The position numbers were made by a program, and so were the translations under genes. DNA of 64,000 nucleotides, from the NCBI RefSeq assembly GCF_001194135.2, contig NC_068981.1, positions 55,536,985 to 55,600,984 of the forward strand. Reading direction: 5' to 3'. Every line of letters begins with the position of its first letter. Position 1 is the first letter of the stretch. The notes under the pieces were generated by a model. The model worked only from the letters and a program-made list of their open reading frames with translations, was not told where the DNA came from and searched no databases. The DNA comes from Octopus bimaculoides. Lineage: Eukaryota. Positions 1 to 64,000 of the stretch are shown piece after piece.

Positions 1-1262
1 TCTGGAAAATTTTGTCAAAAGTTGGTCTTCCAGATAAAATGATAAGAGTAATAGTATATTTGCATGAAAGAATGGCAGCAACAGTGATATCTAGCAGTCA
101 ATGTTCAGGGGCATTTTCTGTTACCACCTTAACCAAACAGGGCTATGTTTTAGCTACTGTACATTTTTCCATATTCTTTTCGATGATGTTCTAACATGCT
201 TTTAAGGACTACAATGAGAGGTGTAAAACTTCAATTTTACACAGAAGGAGGTCAGCTAAACCTAAAAGGGCAAAGTTTCAGATCACAGAAAAAGACCAAA
301 GAAGAGATTCTATGTGACTTTCTGTTTGTTGATGATTGTACTTTGATTTCTCATACATTTGAGGGAATTCAGGAAATAGTTGACAGGTTTGCTGCAGCAG
401 CTCATACATTTGAACTGACTATTAGCATTAAAAAAACTTAAGTTTTATTCCAGCCAAAGCCTAGGACAGAACAAACTCTAGATTCAATTGTGATGATTGA
501 CAATAAGCCAGTCAAATGGGTCAAGTCATTTAAATATCTTGAAAGTGCAGTAAACTTTAAGAGTACTCTTGATGATGAAATCAATGTTAGATTATCAAAG
601 GCATTTGAAAACTTCTCCAGCATTTGTGGCATAAACATGGTGTCAGTTTGAAAGCTAAAATAAATGTATACAAATCTTGTATTTTGAGCACCCTTTTGTA
701 TGGAGCAGAAGCATGGACTCCCTACTACAGACATACAAAGAAACTTGAAACCTTTCACATGTTCTGTCTGCATAATATTTGCAACATGAAATGGCAGGAT
801 AAGATGTTAAATATCAAAATCTTAGAAAAATGTGATATCTCCAGTATCAAAAGCATGCTGCTAAGAATTCAGTGCAGATTAGTCAGACATGTTGTTCGAA
901 TGAAAGATGATCGTATTCCGAAAATTCTTTTGTACAGTCAAAAAGTAGAGGGATATTGTGGTAAAGGAAAACCTGTCCTTAAGTATAAGGATAAGTTAAA
1001 GCAATCACTAAAATTTCTACAGCTTAACTTAACATCTTGGGAAAGTCATTGCCCAGATCAATCTGCATGGCATAAAATGTGTCATGATGCATCAAAACAA
1101 TTTGAGTTAAAGAAACAGATCAATAAAAGAATTATATCCTGCAATCAGCAGACAAATTTGTCCAATCTCAGGCAAAATCAGAATCATCAGTTTTCCCATT
1201 GTGACTTCATAGCAAAATCCATACCTGGACTCAAATTACATTCATGTATCCATTGCAAATAG
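1..1262 (+). mobile_element. decayed RTE-clade LINE, RT and 3' end
   Basis: Frameshifted KQGYVLA, CDFLFVDDC (LFADD-like), TISIKKT, KAKINVYKSCILSTLLYGAEAW, and a terminal C2H2-like motif. Confidence 0.85.
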
Positions 1263-2086
1263 ATGCAGCTTCTTTTATTTTTAAACCTTTTTTTTTCTTT
1301 TCTGAAATCCTCTCCTTCAAATATTCATGCATCAAAATTGACAGGAGTGACCATCATTATTATGATCATAGTCGAGGGAGAAAGAAAATAGAATTCAATG
1401 GATATAGTCTGAAGATTTTGTATAAGGAGAGTATTTATCAGTTTTTATGATTGCTACCAAATATAGGACCAGTATTCTTTGTGGTGTATATTTCTCTTTC
1501 TTTTACATGTTTCCTCTTTATAGGAATAAAGTATATTATAGAACATTTTATTTATTTTTAAGTAAGTATTGTTGTAGTAAGCAAGGACAAAAGTTATCAA
1601 ACATTTTTTCTAGATACTACAGCCTCTAAACAACATGTATATGAATGAGATAGCTTGTAGTAAAATTTTCACATACTATTCATATTATTTAACATCTGCT
1701 CATAATATAGCAATGTCAAAAAGTGCAAGCATGCCTGTCTCATTGTAAATAGAATTTTGCTCTGTTGACCTCACTAGTGAAATTAACTTGAATTATGTAT
1801 TTTTTAAAAAATATAATAAAGGCAAGGCTGCTTAATGACTAACTCCATCCTGCTGACAATGAAACACGCATCATCTTGTTAGAACATTAAATCTAAAGGG
1901 GAACTAAAAGTATTCAATTATTTTTGTATGAGTCCCTTAGAAAATTCAGTTACTATATTTCATAAGTGTCTATTTCACCAGTTGATAACTTCCTATGACT
2001 GCTCCTCATTTTCAAAGATGAATGATGAATAAGCTCATACTTGTTTTGTAGAAGTTAACTATATTTTGTCTTCTTTTTCTTTCTTC

Positions 2087-2120
<34 letters not shown>

Positions 2121-3039
2121 GGTGTGTCTTCCACTTGATAAAGTGACTACTTTTCATCATCAGTATTGTTTATATCACCACCCACCTGTTTAATATCCGA
2201 TGTTTTTTGGGGGGTTTTTGGGGGGGGCTTTTTTTTTGTCAGATCTGAAAAAATTTGGTAAACCACAACAGATTTCAAGAGCGGTTAAGCTAATTCAAAC
2301 TTAAGGAAGAAAGGTTCTAGTACCCCTGGCTGGACAACTGAACTAAAAAGCTGTACTTTTCATTGTTGCACAAACATTGCTTTATACTCCTGAGAAAAAA
2401 AAAAGATCATTTATTAAATGATTAGGTATCATTATGGATGTTACTTTCAATGTGTATTTAAGTAAATGTTGGAAATTTCATAATCCTCAACAAGCATGGC
2501 TGTGTGGTTGAAATTTTTACTTCTGGACCACATAGCTTTGAGCTCAGTCACACTGTGTGATATCTTTTGGGTCACATGGTGGGACTTCTCTTGCAGTCCC
2601 TGGTTAACTTAAAGCCTTATGAGTGAATATGGTTGATAAAAACTAAAAGAAGCCTGTGGTGTGTGTGTGTGTCCTTACCATTACAAGCAGTGTCATTTGT
2701 TTCCAGTCTTCAGTGAAAAGCATGTCTCACCATAAGGAAATATTACTTTGCTTGAAAACAAGTGAGGGCATCCAGGTGTAGAAAATCTGCTTCAATGAAT
2801 TTCATTTAATTTGTGCAAGATGGAAAAGTGGACATTAAAACAATGACGATGATGACACTGACAGGTGATGATGGCAACAATGATGATGATGAGGAGGAGG
2901 ATGACAAAAGCAATGATGACAACAATCTATATTACAATGGATGGAAGAAATAAACACATAAAAACTGTTAAATAATTTGTATGTCATTTGGGTTGTTATA
3001 TTTCAAATAATGCGAATATATTACAATTCTTGGTTTTAG

Positions 3040-59091
<56,052 letters not shown>

Positions 59092-59652
59092 TTCATAGAA
59101 AAAAAATAATGTAAGCTTTTTTTCTTTTTGCAGTTTTCTTCCCTAAGAATTTGCTAACAAGAAGACTTTTTTTCTAATATACTGTGAATAATTGGCATTA
59201 GAAACAGAAGATGAGAGAATGTGTTAGTCATTTCTTTTCCAGTATTGTAAGAAAGTAAGTGAAACAAATCGAAATTAAAAGTGGGTCACAAATTGATTTT
59301 GTCAAAAATTCAATCTGTAAATTTTAAAACAAATATATCCACACAGGAGGTGCTGTGAATGTGACCTAGTAAAGTATAAATTGTTCATATTTAATTTTCT
59401 AGATAATTATATTCTACCTTAGATTTTTTTTTTTTTAATTACAATGGATTTTTATCTAAAAATACAAAAATAAATAAATAAAACAGTCTGTACTAAGCTG
59501 TCATATGATCTTTTTATGTGATCAATAGAGTATTGGATTTATGATGCTAAGTGGATGAAAAACAAATCTCTTTTAAGGTAGAATACTGGTATGGTAGCAA
59601 TTTTCAACAGATATATGAATTGAAGCATAAAGTATTTAGTATACATTCAAAA

Positions 59653-59925
59653 TACATTATTTAGATTTGATGGATATTTGTCCTCATCTGGTTGTTAACA
59701 CAACGTTTCAGCTGATATATCCTCCAGCCTTCTTCAGGTGTCTTGGGGAAATTTTGAACCTAGGTTCTCATTCCTAAGGTATTTTTCGATGTTATTATCA
59801 TTATTATTATNNNNNNNNNNATTTCCCCAAGACAACCTGAAGAAGGCTGGAGGGTATATCAGTCAAAATGTTGTGTTAACAACAAACAAGATTAGGACAA
59901 ATATCCATCAAATGTAAATAATGTA
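59653..59925. repeat. inverted repeat (about 100-bp arms), Penelope-like pLTR fragment candidate
   Basis: Arms 59653-59752 and 59821-59925 are reverse complements with several differences; a 10-N gap lies in the spacer. Confidence 0.85.
59697..59742 (-). ncRNA. minimal type I hammerhead ribozyme motif
   Basis: Minus strand reads GACAC CUGAAGA A GGCUG GAGGAUAUAU CAGCU GAAAC GUU GUGUU. Confidence 0.72.
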
Positions 59926-60411
59926 CATAATTCCTCATCTCTTAAATATAGAATTCAAAATACACATCCAAATTCCTACAATAAGTTTAAGCTCAAAAGC
60001 TTTTAGCTGATTGTCCAATACTGTGCATTCACCTCTTTCATTTTCACATATATAGTTTCTCTATAGCAACATTAAGTACACATTGCTGTCTTAACCAAGC
60101 CAATGAAAGAACACCTATTTGGCCACTTAACTTGCTAAATATACCAGCAAAATCTCCTTCCCATAGCTACCATCTTGCAAAAGGGAAGACACCTTGAGTA
60201 AAGTAGTCTTAGATTCTGAAGAAAATAGAATAGTCAAATGGAATGCCTTTTATCACAGGTTTTCTGTAACAGGGCTGACTTTGGACTAAACTACTGATGT
60301 CTTAAAAACATAAGACACACTGATAGATGAATATGAAAATTATACTTTTGTATTCATGACTTGAAATGGAAACCTTGATCTGAACACCTCTGTATGTTAG
60401 TTCCCATTGTT

Positions 60412-60500
<89 letters not shown>

Positions 60501-60843
60501 CTATCAATTTACCATCAATGGCAACTTCTCTTTCAATTTATTACTGTCTGCCTCCTTCCACATCAATTCAGTAGTTAGCTTGCATTCAACATGCTACAAT
60601 TTGTGACCCCAAGAAACCACTTATGTCTGAACCATTACAACTGGTGATTCCTGACTTCCTAACCATTACACATGATTAGCAGTCCAGGTTATATAGTATA
60701 CAATACAATGAACAAAACAATATAGTATACAATAACAGTGTGGTTTGGCCCTGTCATGCTAAATTTTATAAATGTAGATGTGTTTAAGACTGTAATGAAC
60801 GTTTAGAATGTTAATCATATCTTCTTTCTTTCTTGTTTTTCAG

Positions 60844-60920
60844 GTGGAACCAATGCATCATTAGGCTGTATTACTACAACCATCTTTCATTGTAAATAAT
60901 CCATTCCAAAAGACTAATAT
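60844..60920 (+). other. candidate 3' UTR exon start (end undefined)
   Basis: Strong polypyrimidine tract plus cag at 60820-60843. A candidate donor gtaagc at 59111 lies 19 nt after the stop codon. Confidence 0.45.
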
Positions 60921-61169
60921 TGTGACTATTATTATTATTAGTCTTTGTTATTTATTTTTTCTAAGACTAGACAAATTATTTACACATTTGAGTGCAATAT
61001 TTGAAAAAATGTATAAGATATACGTGCATATATATATATGGTGATGATATATATATTGTGTGTTTGTATTTGTGTGCGTTTGTATAAATAGTTTGTGTTG
61101 TAAATGTCTCAATGAACATAACACTGCTGGTAAATGTGATTATTATTGTTGTTATTGTTATTAGGGTTA

Positions 61170-61757
61170 TAGACTTGGTCATGATGATAGAGTAGCAGAC
61201 AAATTGACTTTCAGTATTTAATCTCAACCTTCAGTTCTAAGTTCATATCCTGATAGAGTCAACTCTACTTTTCAATCTTCTAAACGTCTATAAAATAAGT
61301 ATCATTTTTATACTATAGATTATTCCTTCCTCTTATATTTGTGAACTTGTCCCTATATAAGAAATTATTATTTTTCAATATTCTGAGTTTAAGCCCTTCT
61401 AATGTCAAATTTTCCTTTCATCCCTCCAGGGATGGTAAATATGGAAATAGTTATGATCTGGGATTAATTAAATTGACACACTTATTCTCCAAAATTTGTG
61501 ACCTTGTGTCAATATCAGAAACCATAATTATTTACTATTATTATTGTTAAGGTGGCAAGCTGCTAGCAGAATTGTTAGCATGCCGGGCAAAGTACTCAGT
61601 AGCATTTCATCCATCTTTACGTTCTGAGTTCAAATTCTGTCAAGATTAATTTTGCCTTTCATCCCTTCAGGGTTGATGAAATTAGTACCAGTTATGCACT
61701 GGGTTCAATGTAATCAACTAGCTCCCTCCCCCAAAATTTCGGCCTATAGTAGAAAGG

Positions 61758-61802
<45 letters not shown>

Positions 61803-62090
61803 GTTATTATTATTATTATCATTATTATTTATAAGACAGTGAGCTGGCAGGGTTGTTATCGCTTCAGACAAAATATTTAGCAGCATTTCTTCCGGCTCTT
61901 TACATTCTGAGTTGTAATTCCACCAAGATCAACTTTCCCTTTCATCCTTTGGGATCAATAAAATAAGTTGAGCATTGGAATTGATGTAATTGACTGGCTC
62001 CCTCCCCACCAAATTTCAGGCCTTGTGCCTATAATAAAAAAAAGTATTTTTATTATTATGTACAGTTATTCAGGCCTTGTAGAAAGGATT
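61170..62090 (+). mobile_element. tandem cluster of SINE family B separated by (ATT)n
   Basis: Full copies at about 61548-61755 and 61833-62040 plus partial copies. Confidence 0.8.
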
Positions 62091-63647
62091 ATTAGGTACG
62101 CTTATTTTATTATTTCCAATTTGCATTTTTCTTTGGTTTTGCTCATTTTGTTACTGTTTTACCATATCTTTATTTTCTGTTGTTTAAAAAATGCTATGGT
62201 TGAGAACTACTAGCATAAAGGACACTAAATGGCAGTCTAAAGTCATGATTATTAAATATCACTCAAAAGAAGTGATGAACCCTAAATGTTAAAAATATTT
62301 CACACCAGACTAGTAAAAGCAAATTCAGGTCCAGTTATCATTTATGTATATTGATTTATGAAATACAATGAAAGCTTTAAAAGATTTAAGTCTCGAACCA
62401 AATGTTGGCATCTGTTATAATCTGCCAAGAAATTATGAATATGTCATTGGTGAAATTCCTTTCAAACAAAATCACTGAATTATTTTGTAAATAGAACATA
62501 AAACTCATAATCATTAATTATGACTGATCTGTTGGTTTGAAAAACTGATCTAGAACATACCATTAAGTATGTATAACCAGTAAGAGTTTCAGGAGCGAGA
62601 TATTTCACTAGAAACTGCCAATTGATGTGAGATATGAACTTAAATTATTCTTTATTATAGAAATAAATTTATGATTATTCTTCTTTGTAAAATACAATAG
62701 ACATTGCCTGTTAATCTACTAGATATGTTCATAACACTAAATGGCTTAGACGTTCATTTTCAACTTTGAAATTCCATTTTATTGAAGATTGTTAAGAATA
62801 TTTCTTCAGACTTTATTTTTTCATTGCATTCAAGAGTTTGGTTTTTTAAGTTGAATTATTATCTAGGGAGCTTATATTTGACTGGCTAAGCAACTTAAAC
62901 AGAGAACCAGCTTTTGACACTGTATTGTCTCCTTGGCAAGTTACTTTACTCTACCTACTTTGGCCAATCTTTCTCATGAGAATAAGACTTATTTTAAAAT
63001 TATAATGGAATGGTTGACACCAAGATTGAAAACGTGTTTCAATGATTTACAAAAATGTGTGAGGTTTGAGAACTATCAGTCCCATGGTTGTGTCATAAAA
63101 ACTGAGAATTATGTCCAAAATAATTTATGACTGCCTCTCTCAAGTTAATACCAAATATATGTCTGTTTACTCAATTTTGAAAACTATAACCCTTTGGATA
63201 AATTAAAGATTGAGATAAAACTTCAAAGAAAGAATTATCAATGAAATTCATTTAGCCTAATGTTTAACTGAAAAAGAATATTAAAACAATAGTTATCATC
63301 TTGACATTCTTTACTTAAAGATCTAATATAATTGACCAATGTGAGGCCAATTACTATGCTTTGGCATCATAATAATATAAAACACATTTCTTCACATCTA
63401 CACCTGTGTCACCTGATCATCTGCTGAAGTTAAATAGTGCTGGTGTTAGTACTAATAAAATAGACAACAATAATACTCAGTATAAAATATTTATAACACT
63501 GTAAACTGAAGCAGTGAGTCATGTTCCATATATAAAGTATTTTTGTAAATAAATTTTTATCCATAGTAATCATGATAAGGTGCTTTTATTAGCATAACCT
63601 CTGCAGAAGCTACTTTGAAGAATTTATACATATATTTATAGATATTA

Positions 63648-63692
<45 letters not shown>

Positions 63693-64000
63693 TATTATTA
63701 TTATTATTATTATGTACATATATATATTTATATACTTACTTAAAATAAAACAAAAGGAATATCATGAAATGAAATGAAGAATTATTCAAGTTAAGAAAAT
63801 AATCCAAGATTTTATGATATTGTATATGTGTGTGTGTGTGTATGTATATATATATATAAAGAAATAATGAAAAAAGGCTTTGAATTGTCATTTGTAAGTG
63901 AACCGATATATAGTAATTATTCTCTATGCCTATACATGTAGTTTCTTAAAATATTTATCATTAAGGACATGAAATCTTGTTTTTAATTATTTAAAAAAAT

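Noticed and set aside
1263-3039. Further upstream ADAMTS exon (expected ..AILLTR)
   Set aside because: No matching translation between splice sites was found; upstream exons presumably lie outside the window.
59811-59820. Inverted repeat as a pure assembly artefact
   Set aside because: The arms differ at multiple positions including indels, which an artefactual duplicate would not. It still needs long-read confirmation.
61900-63600. A specific polyadenylation site
   Set aside because: Several AATAAA hexamers occur in very AT-rich or SINE sequence, and none can be singled out without 3'-end data.

Overview
AT-rich animal genomic DNA, probably a coleoid cephalopod such as Octopus. That assignment is an inference from recalled resemblance of the SINE/LINE families, not a database search. 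The window holds the 3' roughly three quarters of one + strand gene, an ADAMTS9/ADAMTS20/GON-1 orthologue. I read 32 GT-AG coding exons by eye (3040-59091). They join in one frame over 4369 nt (about 1455 aa plus stop) and encode the zinc metalloprotease active site HELGHLFNLPHD, disintegrin-like domain, central TSR, Cys-rich domain, spacer, 13 further TSRs and a GON domain. The 5' exons are not seen. Introns carry tRNA-derived SINEs, RTE and CR1 LINE remnants, a Gypsy integrase remnant, a Tigger/pogo remnant, MITEs, microsatellites and four assembly gaps. The most unusual observation is a set of minimal type I hammerhead-ribozyme-like motifs from four unrelated repeat families. One is solo (47550-47590). 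Three sit in long head-to-head inverted repeats (35564-35926, 49473-49911, 59653-59925) with one copy in each arm. The best-preserved copies are mostly antisense to the gene. Folds were derived by hand and no activity is shown.
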